Assembly: GCA_030390025.1 (NCBI GenBank) | Contig: CM059432.1 | Span: 110,796,001 to 110,860,000 of the forward strand | DNA: 64,000 bases | Direction of reading: 5' to 3' | Source of the DNA: Squalus acanthias | Taxonomy: Eukaryota | Shown: positions 47,770 to 60,390 of the stretch, piece by piece | How the letters are laid out: the number at the start of each line of letters is the position of its first letter | How positions within the stretch are numbered: position 1 is the stretch's first letter | The notes under the pieces: generated by a model | Database searches by the model: none | The model's input: the letters and a program-made list of their open reading frames with translations, nothing else | Told to the model about the DNA's origin: nothing | Program-made: the position numbers and the translations under genes

Positions 47770-48730
47770 CATCAGCCCAACCATCTTCAGCTGCTTCATC
47801 AATGACCTTCCCTCTAACATAAGGTCAGTAATGGGGATGTTCGCTGATGACTGCACAGTGTTCAGTGCCATTCACAACTCCTCAGATAATGAAGCAGTCC
47901 ATGCCCGCATGCAACAATACCTGGATGACGTTCAGGTTTGGGCTGATAAGTGGCAGGTAACATTCGCGCCACAGAAGTGTCAGCCAATGACTATGTCCGA
48001 CAAGTGAGAGTCTAACCACCTCCCCATGACATTCAACGGCATTACCATCGCCAAATCCCCCACCATCAACATCCTGGGGGGTCACCATTGACCAGAAACT
48101 TAACTGGACCAGTCACATAAATACTGTGGCAATAAGAGCAGGTCAGAGGCTAGGTATTCTGCGGCGAGTGTCTCACCTCCTGACTCCCCAAAGCCTTTCC
48201 ACCATCTACAAGGCACAAGTCAGGAGTGTGAAGGAATATTCTCCACTTGCCTGGATGAGTGCAGCTCCAACAACACTCAAGAAGCTCGACACCATCCAGG
48301 ACAAAGCAACCCACTTGATTTGCACCCCATCCACCACCTTAAACATTCACTCGCTCCACCACCAGCGTACTGTGGCTGCAGTGTGTACCATCTACAAGAT
48401 GCACTGCAGCAACTCGCCAAGGCTCCTTCGGCAGCACCTCCCAAACTCGCGACCTCTTCCACCCCGAAAGACAAGGGCAGCAGGCACACGGGAACACCAC
48501 CACCTCCAAGTTCCCCTCCAAGTCACACACCATCCTGACTTAGAAGTATATCGCCGATCCTTCATCGTCACTGGGTCAAAATCCTGGAACTCCCTCCCTA
48601 ACAGCGCTGTGGGAGTACCTTCACCACACAAACTGCAGCGGTTCAAGAAGGCAGCTCAAGGGCAACTAGGGATGGGCAATAAATGCTGGCCTTGCCAGCA
48701 ACTCTCACATCCCATGAACGAATAAAAAAA
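47770..48730 (+). mobile_element. 3' portion of the second LINE family
   Basis: FADD region plus ORF 48126-48725; ends AATAAAAAAA; matches the reverse complement of 14592-15550. Confidence 0.92.
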
Positions 48731-49062
48731 GTCATTCATACTTTGACCAGTGACTGGGTATTTTCGATGGGAAATTAAGTACAATACTGTCATGGTAAAT
48801 AAATGAATAAATGTATTGGGAGTTTTAGCTACTACTATTGGTGGAGTAGGGCTGACTGTGATTGGGCACTCCTAGTGAGGAGAGACATTTGAATGGAGCT
48901 CAAGTTGGAAAATCACAGGTTGTGGGCCCTAGATTTCCTGAGCTGTGTCCCTGCAAGCACTGGTCCTCCCTGGTGAGCGCCTCTCCATGCTGGGAGTGCT
49001 TAATTGTGAAATCAGCATTAGTATCTCTGAGGAGCTTGTAAATTACTATTTCGGAACATATT

Positions 49063-50588
49063 GGCCAGGATTTTGTCGTCAGCGGTGAAGGAATGCCGTT
49101 CATTGTGCTAACAGCTGCCCACAGAGTTTTTGCGGGTTTTTAAGCGGCAAGTTGCTATCACATCATCGGGCGCGACGCCCTCTACAGGGGATCTGTGGCG
49201 TATCTGAGCAGAACAAGCAGCAGCGTGTCTCCTCAACCAATCAGATTGAAGAGGCCTCACTGAGTCACGCAGGGCAGGATTTTAACTTGGAGGCGGGTAG
49301 GGAGTGGGGGGGCTGGAATGCAGTGGGGAAACTCGGCAGAACGGATTTGCCTCAGGTCCCGCCGAATTTAACGGCAGGGCCTGATTAACATTTGTTTTCT
49401 CTATTTCCCGCCCACAGCCAGCCAAATTGAGAGGCTGGCTGTTTGGCTGTCGGGCAGGTAACAGAGAGGAGGGAGGGATCAGAGATTGGGGGTGGCGGGG
49501 GCGAAGTTAGGAAGACCGGAGATCAGGGGGGGGTCGGAGATCTGGGGGGCCGGGTAGGAAGGCCGGATGGGGGGCCAATGATTGGGGGCTGGGGAGAGGG
49601 TCAGAAGGCCGAGGGGAATTGGAGATTGGAGGCCTCGGGGGCGGGGGGGGGGGGAGGGGGGTGGTTGGGGTGAGATTGGAAGGGTCAGGAGGGGTGTCCG
49701 ATCATGGAGGGTTGGCGAGGCAGGATTGCTGGATTGAGCAGACAAGTGGAAAGGCACTTAACTCCTGGATCCAGCAGATCTCGCCTTCTTTTAGTTGCTG
49801 GGTTCCCTGAGGCCCGGGAAACCCGGCTGCCCAGAGTTAAATTTACAATGATGCTTCAAAATGAGGCACGCAGCCTCATTATAATATTTAAATGGGCGAC
49901 CCGCCTCCTGGGAGCGGGTTGGCTGCCCACCCACATCCTGCCTCCGTTAAAATGAAAGTGGGCGGGTTGGAGGCAGGTTGGGGTTGGGATTCAGATTTTT
50001 AACACTTTAACGGCCGTTTTTTGGCATTAAAATTCCCCCCGCACAGTCTAAACCAGGAAGTATAAATTAGAATATTTAATTCAATGTAAAATCATTGCAG
50101 AAAGTGAAATAAAGAGAGGGAATGAAAGATGGGATTAAGAGAGGGAGATACAAGAGTCCGAAAGAAAAAGTCAAACTTATTTTGAAATTTTTACGTTTAA
50201 AAAAAATCTTCAACAACAATTAAATTCTGAAGGAATAAAATTCTAAAGGAATAAAATAAATTTTCAGGGCCAGAGGGGTTGTTTGGCAGTAATTAAGACT
50301 TATCACGGCGTTAAAATCTTACTTACACCTGAATGGACCAGCCCTAACTATTTCTGCCGTGTTTAGTGGGTATCTAGTGGGTAAGTACAGCAACTTCATG
50401 GATTTCAATGCCTTCTTTTAGTTGCTGGGTTCCCTGAGGCCCGGAGGAGCAGAGCAAATCAGACAGCAACTTCCTGATTTCCACGTTTAACTGCGCATGT
50501 GCGGACGCCAGAAGTTGCTGTCCTTTTACTCCATAATAACGGTGAGCACGAATAGCCTCACCATTATTTCTATTGCAAAATCCGGGCC
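49063..50588. mobile_element. Harbinger-type MITE (outer)
   Basis: TIR GGCCAGGATTTTG / CAAAATCCGGGCC (12/13); flanks ATT / AAT. Confidence 0.72.
49272..50040. mobile_element. Harbinger-type MITE nested in the former
   Basis: TIR GGGCAGGATTTTAA / TTAAAATTCCCCCC (11/14); TSD GCA at 49269-49271 and 50041-50043. Confidence 0.75.
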
Positions 50589-51642
50589 AATATTACACAG
50601 TAACCTCAGGGGCAACGAGACAACACTAATATGATATACAGGGGAGTTTTCAACAATCACATGAATGAGTATCGCACTTTGACTTCACTTAGATTGTGTG
50701 TATACCTTCCATGTCCACGTAGGAGATCATATTTATTTAACAAGTGGACGTGACTGGACACAGCTTAATTGCACTACGTGTGTTTTCTTGAACATATGTT
50801 ATTGGGTGAGGTCTACTCGTTGTTTAAATCTGGTATTACATCTTATACCATGGGACATCCTTCATATATTAAGGTATATTTAGCTACAATATGATGTCGA
50901 ATTTAGAAGAGCAATTCTTTTTGAATATTAAAGTAGAAAAGGTCAAAGGCTGTTGAAGTCGGCAGCAGCTTAGCTTTCATTTTAGGTTGCTCGAACGTGC
51001 TGTTTGGCCCCAAGTTCAAGTTAGATCATCTCGATATCAATAATTGGGAGTGCTTTTCATGAGCATTGTGTCAAGGCAGAAAATAAATGAGAGCTGTCCC
51101 ACAGTTGTTTTTGTGAAGGTTCATGTGGGGTCTGCCTCACTCGAGGCTCATCATTAAAGCCAATAATGAGTTGGAATAGACTCAGGGCATTTGACTAGTT
51201 ATCAAAAGTCAAGTCCACAAAATATCTGTTCATCTATACTCTCTTGCTTACCACGAGTTGTCTGCCCAAGGCATGGTCTCAATTTTCACTTATGTATTAC
51301 ATGTTACGGGATGGAATAGAAAGGGTCACTCAGTGATTCCACACTCTCAGGGAACGCAGGTTGGAGAACCAGGACTACACTCTTGTAGCCCTGTTTCTGA
51401 TTTCAGCTTCCCTTCAACCATGGCTTTCCCGCTAGGAGAGGGGATCGCAGAATCACTCTGACAGTGACTTAGGTGCTGTTTTTAGAGAACCTTCAGTCAG
51501 TGTCTTCTGAAATTTCAAAGGGCCTAACTTTATGCACAGAAGAGTCATTCCGTAAACAGTGAAATAAATTATTTTACATTTGCTATCTAAAATTTAGCAG
51601 AATAGGAAAAAAAATAATTTGGTGCTCATACTTAAAATTTAT

Positions 51643-54600
51643 AAGAACACAAGATAAGAACATAAGAAATAGGAGCAGGAATAGGCCACTTGGCCCCTCG
51701 AGCCTGCTCCGCCATTCAATGAGATCATGGCTGATCTTGGGCTCAAAGCCACTTCCCTGCCCACTCCCCATAACCCTTCACTCCCTCATCTTGCAAAAAT
51801 CTGTCTATCTCCACCTTAAATGTATTTAATGACCCAGCCTCCACAGCTCTCTGGGGCAGAGAATTCCACAGATTTACGACCCTCTGAGAGAAGAAATTCC
51901 TCCTCATCTCAGTTCTAAAAGGGCAACCCTTTATTGTTAAACTATGCCCCCGAGTTCTACATTTCCCCACGAGGGGAAACATCCTCTCTGCATCTACCTT
52001 GTCGTGCCCCCTCAGTATCTTATATGTTTCAATAAGATCACCTCTCATTCTTCTAAATTCCAATGTGTATAGGCCCAACCTGCTCAACCTTTCCTCATAA
52101 GTCAACCCCCTCATCTCTGGAATTAACCTAGTGAATCGTTTCTGAACTGCCTCCAATGCAAGTATATCGTTCCTTAAATAAGGAGACCAAAACTGTATGC
52201 AGTACTCAAGGTGTGGTCTCACCAATACCCTGTACAGTTGCTTTTATACTCCAACCCCCTTGAAATAAAGGCCAACATTCCATTTGCCTTTTTGATTACT
52301 TGCTGTACCTGTATGCTAACTTTTTGTGTTTCATGCACAAGGACCCCCAGCTCCCTCTGAACTGTAGCATTTTGTAATCTCTCTCCATTTAAATAATAAT
52401 TTGCTGTTTTATTTTTCCTGCCAAAGTGTATAACCTCGCACTTTCCCACATTACACTCATCTGCCAAATGTTTGCCCACTCACTTAGCCTGTCTATATCC
52501 CTTTGCAGATTCTTTGAGTCCTCTGCACAACTTGCTTTCCCACCCATCTTTGTATCATCCGCAAACTTGGCTACATTACACTCGGTCCCTTCATCCAAGT
52601 CATTAATGTAGATTGTAATTAGTTGAGGCCCCAGCACCGATCCCTTTGGCACCCCACTAGTTACCGTTTGCCAACCAGAAAATGACCCATTTATCCCGAC
52701 TCTCTGCTTTCTGTTAGTTAGCCAATTCTCTGTCCATGCTAATATGTTACCCCCAACTCCATGAGCTCTTATCTTATGCAGTAAACTTTTATGTGACACC
52801 TTATCGAATGCCTTCTGGAAATCCAAATACACCACATCCACTGGCTCACCTTTGTCCACCCTACTCGTTACATCCTCAAAGAACTCCAGCAAGTTTGTTA
52901 AACATGATTTCCCTTTCATAAAACCATGCTGACTCTGCTTGACTGCATTATGATTTTCCAAATGCCCTGCTGCTGCTTCCTTAATGAAGGACCCCAGCAT
53001 TTTCCCAATGACAGATGTTAGGCTAACTGATCTATAGTTTCCTGCTTTCTGTCTCCCTCCTTTCTTAAATAGGGGTGTTACATTTGCGGTTTTCCAATCC
53101 GCTGGGACCTCTCGAGAGTCCAGGGAATTTTGGTATATTGCAACCAATGCATCCACTATCTCTGCAGCCACTTCTTTTAAGACCCTGGGATGCAGGCCAT
53201 CTGGTCCAGGGGACTTGTCGTCTTTTAGTCCCATTATTTTACCAAGTACTATTTCCTTAGTGATAGTGATTGTCTTTAGTTCCCCCCTCCCTGTGGCCCC
53301 TTGATTATCCATTATTGGGATGTTGTTAGTGTCTTCTACCGTGAAGACAGATACAAAATATTTGTTCAGAGTCTCTGCCATTTCTCCGTTCCCTATTATT
53401 AATTCTCTAAGAGACCAACGTTTACTTTAGCTACTCTCTTGCTTTTTATATACCTGTAGAAGCTCTTACTTTCTGTTTTAATATATCTTGCCAGTTTACT
53501 CTCATAATTCATCTTCTCTCTCTATTTTTTTTTAGTCATCCTTTGCTGGTTTTTAAAAATTTCCCAATCTTCTGATCTCCTACCAATCTTGGCAACATTG
53601 TATGCCTTCGTTTTCAATTTGATACCATCCTTTACTTCCTTAGTTAGCCACGGATGGTGCTCCCTTCTCTTAAAATCTTTCTTTCTCACTGGAATATATT
53701 TTTGTTGAGAGTTATGAAATGTCCACCACTGAATTTCAACTGTCGTACCCTTTAATTTATTTATCCAGTCCACTTTAGCCAGTTCTGCCCTCATGCCATT
53801 GTAATTGCCTTTGTTTAAGACGAGGACACTGGTTTGAGACACAACTTTCTCACCCTCCAACTGAATTTGAAATTCAACCATGCTATGATCACTCTTTCTG
53901 AGAGGATCCTTTACTATGAGATAATTTATTAATTCTGTCTCATTACATAGTACCAGATCCAAGATAGCCTGTTCCCTGGTTGGTTCCATTACATACTGTT
54001 CTAAGAAACCATCCCAGATGCACTCTATGAACTCCTCCTCAAGGCTACCATGGCCAATTTGATTTGTCCAATCAATATGGAGATTAAAATCACCCATGAT
54101 TATTACCGTACCTTTTTTACAGGCCTCCATTATTTGTTGATTTATACTCCATCCAACAGTATTGCTACTGTTCGGGGGCCTGTAGACTATGCCCACCAGA
54201 GACTTTTTCCCCTTATTATTTTTTATCTCCACCCAAACCGATTCTACATCTTGATCTTCCAAGCCAATATCACTTCTCACCACTGCACTGATCCCATCCT
54301 TTACCAACAAAGCCACCCCACCTCCCTTTCCTTTCTGTCTATCCTTCCGAATTATCAAATACCCTGGAATATTCAATTCCCAGCCCAGGTCACCTTGCAA
54401 CCATGTCTCTGTAATGGTGATCAGATCAAACCCATTTGTATCTATTTGTGCCGTCAACTCATCTATCTTGTTACAAATGCTGCATGCATTCAGATAGACA
54501 GCTTTTAATTTTGTCTTTTTACCATTTCTCCTTGTTTTGGCCGCATTTTCTGTTGCACTCTTATTTTTAAACATTCTGTCCCTTCCTGTCACACTCTGGT

Positions 54601-56222
54601 TATTATTTCCCCCATCTCTATCCTGCTCTATTTCTTTCTCATTTCTCATTGACTGGTGGTGGGAAAATTATTTAGAAAGACATGGATTAATCAAGGATAG
54701 TCAGCACGGATTTGTTAAGGGAAGGTCGTGTCTGACAAACTTGATTGAATTTTTTGAGGAGGTAACAAGGAGGGTAGATGAGGGTAGTGCATTTGATGTA
54801 GTGTATATGGACTTTAGCAAGGCTTTTGATAAGGTTCCACATGGCAGACTGGTCACGAAGTTAAAAGCCCATAAGATCCAGGGCAAAGTGTCAAGTTGGA
54901 TTAAAAACTGGCTCAGAGGCAGGAAGCAGAGGGTAATGGTTGATGGGTATTTTTGTGACTGGAAGGCTGTTTCCAGTGGGGTTCCGCAGGGCTTAGTACT
55001 AGGTCCCTTGCTTTTTGTGGTATATATCAATGATCTAGACTTGAATATAGTGGGTATGATTAAGAAGTTTGCAGACGATACTAAAATCGGCTGTGTGGTT
55101 GATGCTGAAGAAGGAAGCTGTAGACTGCAGGAAGATATCAATAAATTGGTCAGGTAGGCAGAACAGTGGCAAATGGAATTCAATCCGGAGAAGTGTGAGG
55201 TAATGCATTTGGGGAGGGCTAACAAGGAAAGGGAATACACATTAAATGGTAGGACACTGAGTAACGTAGAGGAACAAAGGGACCTTGAAGTGCATGTCCA
55301 CAGATCCCTGAAGGTAGCAGGCCAGGTAGATAAGGTGGTTAAGAAGGCATACGGAATGCTTGCCTTTATTAGCCGAGGCACAGAATACAAGAGCAGGGGG
55401 GTTATGCTTCAACTGTATAAAACACTAGTTAGGCCTCAGCTAGAGTACTGCGTGCAGTTCTGGTCACCACATTACAGGAAAGATGTGATTGCACGAGAGG
55501 GGATAGAGGAGATTTACAAGGATGTTGCCGGGAGTAGAGAATCTTAGCTATGAGGAAAGACTGGATAGGCTGGGTTTGTTTTCCTTGGAACAGAGGAGGC
55601 TGAGGGGAGACCTTATTGAGGTGTATAAAATTATGAGGGGCCTAGATAAAGTGGATAGAAAGGACCTATTTCCCTTAGCAGAGGGGTCAAAAACCAGGGG
55701 GCACAGGTTTAAAGTAATTGGTGGGAGGTTTAGAGGGGATTTGAGGGGAAATGTCTTCACCCAGAGGGTTGTGGGGGTCTGGAACTCACTGCCTGAAAGG
55801 GTGGTAGAGGCAGGAACCCGAACCACATTTAAAAAGTACTTGGATGTGCACTTGGGATGCTGTAACCTGCAGGGCTACGGACCAAGAGCTGGGAAGTGGG
55901 ATTAGGCTGGATAGCTCTTTGTTGGCCGGCGCGGACACGATGGGCCGAAATGGCCTCCTTCCGTGCTGTAACTTTCTATGATTCTATGACTTGTTTAATT
56001 CCCGCTCACCTGGACCCTCCCCCCGACTATTTAATTTAAAGCCCTCTCTACAGCCCTAGTTATTCGATTCGCCAGGACTCTAGCCAAACGGAACAGCTCC
56101 CTCTTATCCCAGTACTGGTGCCAGTGCCCCACAAATCGAAACATATTTCTCCCACACCAGTCTTTGAGCCACTCGTTCATTTCTCTGATCTTATTTACCC
56201 TATACAAATTCGCTCGTGGCTC
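51643..56222 (-). mobile_element. CR1 (ORF1 end, ORF2, tail), split between ORF1 and ORF2 by an opposite-strand CR1
   Basis: ORFs 53522-54649 (APE), 52389-53381 (RT), 51743-52225, and 56031-56231 (ORF1 end, ..ERALN). Confidence 0.9.
54660..55989 (+). mobile_element. 5'-truncated CR1
   Basis: ORFs 54537-55157, 55173-55547 and 55522-55905; tail TTTCTATGATTCTATGA. Confidence 0.95.
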
Positions 56223-56924
56223 TATATTCATTCATTATGCGGACCTATATTCATTATATGTTCTCTATAGTAAAAAAGGAACACAAATAGAACTACGTCT
56301 TAGTTTCCAGAACCAGTAGCATTTGTCCTGCTTACTAACCCTGAATGGTCTAAAGCCTTTCAAAAGGACAGGAAGGTGCAATTAACATAAGTGTCACCCT
56401 CTGCTCTCTCTATTTTGAATTTTATGATGAACATCCAAGCAAATGGGAAAACAGTCCTAGTTTTGCTTGATGCCAGAAAGAAAAAATAATGCTGAAATGT
56501 GACCGGTGAATACTTGAATTAAAAAGAGCTGGTCTGATGGTGCTTTAGCAATGGTGTGGATGAGCCTCGAGGGAACATGGGAGCCCAGAAGTGACCTGAC
56601 CTTGGTTCTTTAAAAAATATTGGCACTCGATACATGTACACTCAATCAGGTTGGCAGCCACTTGTGGTTGCAACAGCAGATGGAGGATGACAACAGACTA
56701 ATGGAAAATAACGGAGAATTACATGGTGGATCATAAAAGTAGGGAAGCTGCAGCATTGAAAATTATACATCATGGTTTGTTAGCTTACAATGTATTACAA
56801 AGTATTAGAGCCCAGAAACAGGTCATGCGGGTGTTTATACTCCACACAAGCCTTCTCCCACCCTTCTTCATCTAACCCCATCGCTATATCCTTCTATTCC
56901 TTTCTCCCTCATGTGCTTATCTGT

Positions 56925-57974
56925 GTCTTTTTTGGGGTGGCAGACGGTGACTAGTGGGGTACCGCAGGAATCAGTGCTTGGGCCCCAGCTATTCACAATA
57001 TATATCAATGATTTGGATGAGGGAACCAAATGTAATATTTCAAAGTTTGCTGATGACACGAAACTAGGTGGGATTGTGAGTTGTGAGGAGGATGCAAAGA
57101 GGCTTCAAGGCAATTTAGACAAGTTGAGTGAGTGGGCAAATACATGGCAGATGCAGTATAACGTGGATAAATGTGAAGTTATCCACTTCGGTAGGAAAAA
57201 CAGAAAGGTAGAGTATAGTTTAAATGGTGCTAGATTGGGAAATGTTGATGTACAAAGGGACCTGGGTGTCCTTGTACAGCAGTCACTGAAAGCAAACGTG
57301 CAGGTGCAGCAATCAGTTAGGAAGGCAAATGGTATGTTGGCCTTCATTGCAAGAGGATGAGAGTACAGGAGCAAGGATGTCTTACTACAGTTGTACAGGG
57401 CCTTGGTGAGACCACACCTGGAGTACTGTGTGCAGTTTTGGTCTCCTTATCTAAGAAAGGATATACTTGCCATTGACAGAGTGCAGCAAAGGTTCACCAG
57501 ACTGATTCCTGGGATGGCAGGACTGTTGTATGAGGAGAGATTGGGTCGACTAGGCCTGTATTCACTCGAGTTTAGAAGAATGAGAGGGGATCTCATTGAA
57601 ACGTATAAAATTCTTACAGAGCTAGACAGACTGGATGCAGGGAGGATGTTTCCCCTGGCTGGGGGGTCTAGAACGAGGGGTCACAGTCTCAGGATACGGG
57701 GTGGGACATTTAGGACTGAGATGAGGAGAAATTTCTTCACTCAGGAGGGTGGTGAACCTGTGGAATTCTCTACCACAGAAGGCTGTGGAGGCCAAGTCAC
57801 TGAATATATTTAAGAAGGAGATAGATAGATTTCTAGACACAAAAGGCATCAAGGGGTATGGGGAGAGAGCGGGAATATGGTATTGAGATAGAGGATCAGC
57901 CATGATCATATTAAATGGCGGAGCAGGCTCGAACGGCCGAATGGCCTCCTCCTGCTCCTATTTTTCTATGTTTC
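56925..57974 (+). mobile_element. 5'-truncated CR1
   Basis: ORFs 56911-57360 and 57391-57813; TTCTATGTTTC tail. Confidence 0.94.
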
Positions 57975-58107
57975 CTCTTAAATGCATCTCCGCTCGTCGC
58001 CTCAACTACTCCCTGTGGTAACGAGTTCCACATTCTAACCACTCTCTGGGTAAAGAAGTTTCTCCTGAAATCCCTACTGGATTTATTAGTAACTACCTTA
58101 TATTTAT

Positions 58108-60153
58108 AGTTATAAAGACTTCTCTATCTCCATTTCTGGGGATAGACTGTATTCACTATAAGCGACTCCCACAGCTATCTTGACTACCCTTCCTCCCACC
58201 CCGCTTCCTGTAAGGATTCTATTCTATTCTCCCAGTTTCTCTGTCTTGTAGGGTTTGGCCGGTGCCAACATCAGTGGGTGCATGGGCCTGAAGGATTTTT
58301 GGACTTTTAAAATGGAGATGCACATGGGCTGCGTTCCAAAATGGAGTTTGGACTTCTCCACTTTAAAAAAAAGATTGACTTTTGGTTTCTGTGAAGATAG
58401 CAGGAACTGTCTGTCTTTTGGGTTGCCATGGGATCAGTCTCAATGCGGACGTCATGAAAGGCAGGGGCCTTATCTAGCTTGGTTCAGTGTAACCGACAGG
58501 GTGGGTATTTTAGTCTAAGGTTATAAGCTAGTGTCCACGGTCACCTACTCATTATGCCGTAAGCGAGAGGAGTAGGGGTTGTCGTTTTGTGAGTGTAATA
58601 AAAGGAATCGATCTTTGACCAACCTGAACCGTTTCGTTTCGTCTGAGTAAATTATAATCTATCCATAGTAACTCCTTGGGTCCGAACTTGGGGGTTGCAG
58701 GGCTTGTGGTTCGCGGTATAATTCGGAAGACCAACCGGGTGGCATCCACAGTAATCCCGCTGGGGACGCTGCACATCAGGCATAGGAGAAGACCTATCTG
58801 GCCTTGGTCTCTCTCTCTGTGTGGGATTACCCGCTAATTGACGGGCTAGGCAGGGACTATTGGCAAAAGCTCCTGCTGTCCAAGGGAAACAACCCAAACC
58901 GGGGAGTTTTTAATGCATGGGTCGACTCAAGGGAGAGTCATAGAAACACGGGGCACGCAAAAACACCCTACAGTCTCCGCCGCATCTGCTCTGACGATGC
59001 CACCTTCCATACTAGTGCCTCCGATACATCTCCCTTTTTCCTCAACCGAGGATTCCCCTCTACTGTGGTTGACACGGCCCTCGACTGTGTCCGTTCCATT
59101 TCCTGAACTTCTGCTCTCACCCCTTCCCCTCCCTCCCAGAACCACGATAGGCTTCCCCTTGTCCTCACCTTCCATTACCCCCACCCCGCCAGCCTCCACA
59201 TTCAACATATCATCCTCCACGATTTCCACCACCTCCAGCGTGATCCCACCACCAAACACATCTTCCCCTCCCCTCACCTCCCCTTTCAGCATTCCGAAGG
59301 GACCGCTCCCTCTGCGACACCCTGGTCCACTCCTCTACCACCCCCAGCACCCCTTCCCGTGCAAGTGCAGGGGATGCAACACCTGCCCTTTTACCTCCTC
59401 CCTTCCCACTGTCCAGGGCCCCAAACACTCCTTCCAGGTGAAACAGTGATTTACTTGTACTTCTTCCAATTTAGTATACTGTATTCGCTGCTCACGATAC
59501 AGTCTCCTCTACACTGTGGGAGACCAAACGGAGATTGGGTGATCGCTGTGCAGAACACCTACTTTCAGTCCACAAAGCCTGACCCTGAGCTTCCGGTTGC
59601 CAGTTATTTTAATTCTCTGCTCACTCCCACTCTGACCTCTCCGTCCTCGGCCTCTTACAGTGTTCCAATGAAGCTCAATGTAAGCTCAAGGAACAGCACC
59701 TCATCTTTCGATTAGGCATTTTACAGCCTTCTGGACTCAACATCGAGTTCAACAATTTCAGATCATAACTACTGCTCCCATTTTTTCACACAGCAGCTGC
59801 TGGTAATGATCGTGTTGTTATCATTTACACCTCTTCTAGACCCATCTTTTGTTTCTTTACTTGTCCCATTACCATCTCCTTTTACCTTGCACCATCATCC
59901 CTTTTGTCATTTAATCTCTCCTGCCTTCCACCCTATCACAGACCTTCCCTCCCCTCTCCCCTTTCCCTGCCTCTGTACTTGTTTAAAACCTGTTACATTT
60001 TTAACTTTTTCCAGTTCTGTTGAAAGGCCATCAACCTGAAACTTTAACTCTGTTTCTCTCTCCACAGATGCTGCCCGACCTGCTGAGTATTTCCAGCATT
60101 TTCTATTTTTATTTTAGATTTCTAGCCCCTGCAGTATTTTGCTATTGTGTTAA
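58108..60153 (+). mobile_element. Penelope-like element 3' half (RT thumb, GIY-YIG endonuclease, tail), split by a solo LTR
   Basis: LRRICSDD; CTSSNLVYCIRCS...GETKRRLGDRCAEHL (GIY-YIG-type, across a frameshift). Decayed hammerhead at 60013-60049. Likely TSD ATTTAT at 58102-58107 and 60154-60159. Confidence 0.9.
58247..58972 (+). mobile_element. Solo LTR, 726 bp
   Basis: TGTAGGGT...ACCCTACA termini and 4-bp TSD GTCT (58243-58246, 58973-58976). TATAA near 58522 and AATAAA near 58597. Confidence 0.9.
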
Positions 60154-60229
60154 ATTTATGGCCCCTAGTTCTGGTCTCGCCTGAAAGTGGAAACATCTTC
60201 TCTACATCTACCCTTCATAATCTTAAAGA

Positions 60230-60390
60230 TTTAAAAGGGAGTTGGACAGGAACTTGAGGATGAGCAACTTACAGGGTTACAGACAAAAAGTGGGAGTGTG
60301 GGACTGAGCACGACTGCTCTTTCAAAGAGCCAGCACAGGCACGACGGGCCGACTGGTCTCGTGTGCTGTTAAGTTTGTATGATTCTATGA
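60230..60390 (+). mobile_element. Short CR1 tail
   Basis: FKRELD.. coding end plus TATGATTCTATGA tail. Confidence 0.8.

Noticed and set aside
54701..55390. Long antisense ORFs over CR1 RT (also 8609-8962, 38863-39267, 12031-12663)
   Set aside because: Recurrent shadow frames of LINE coding sequence.
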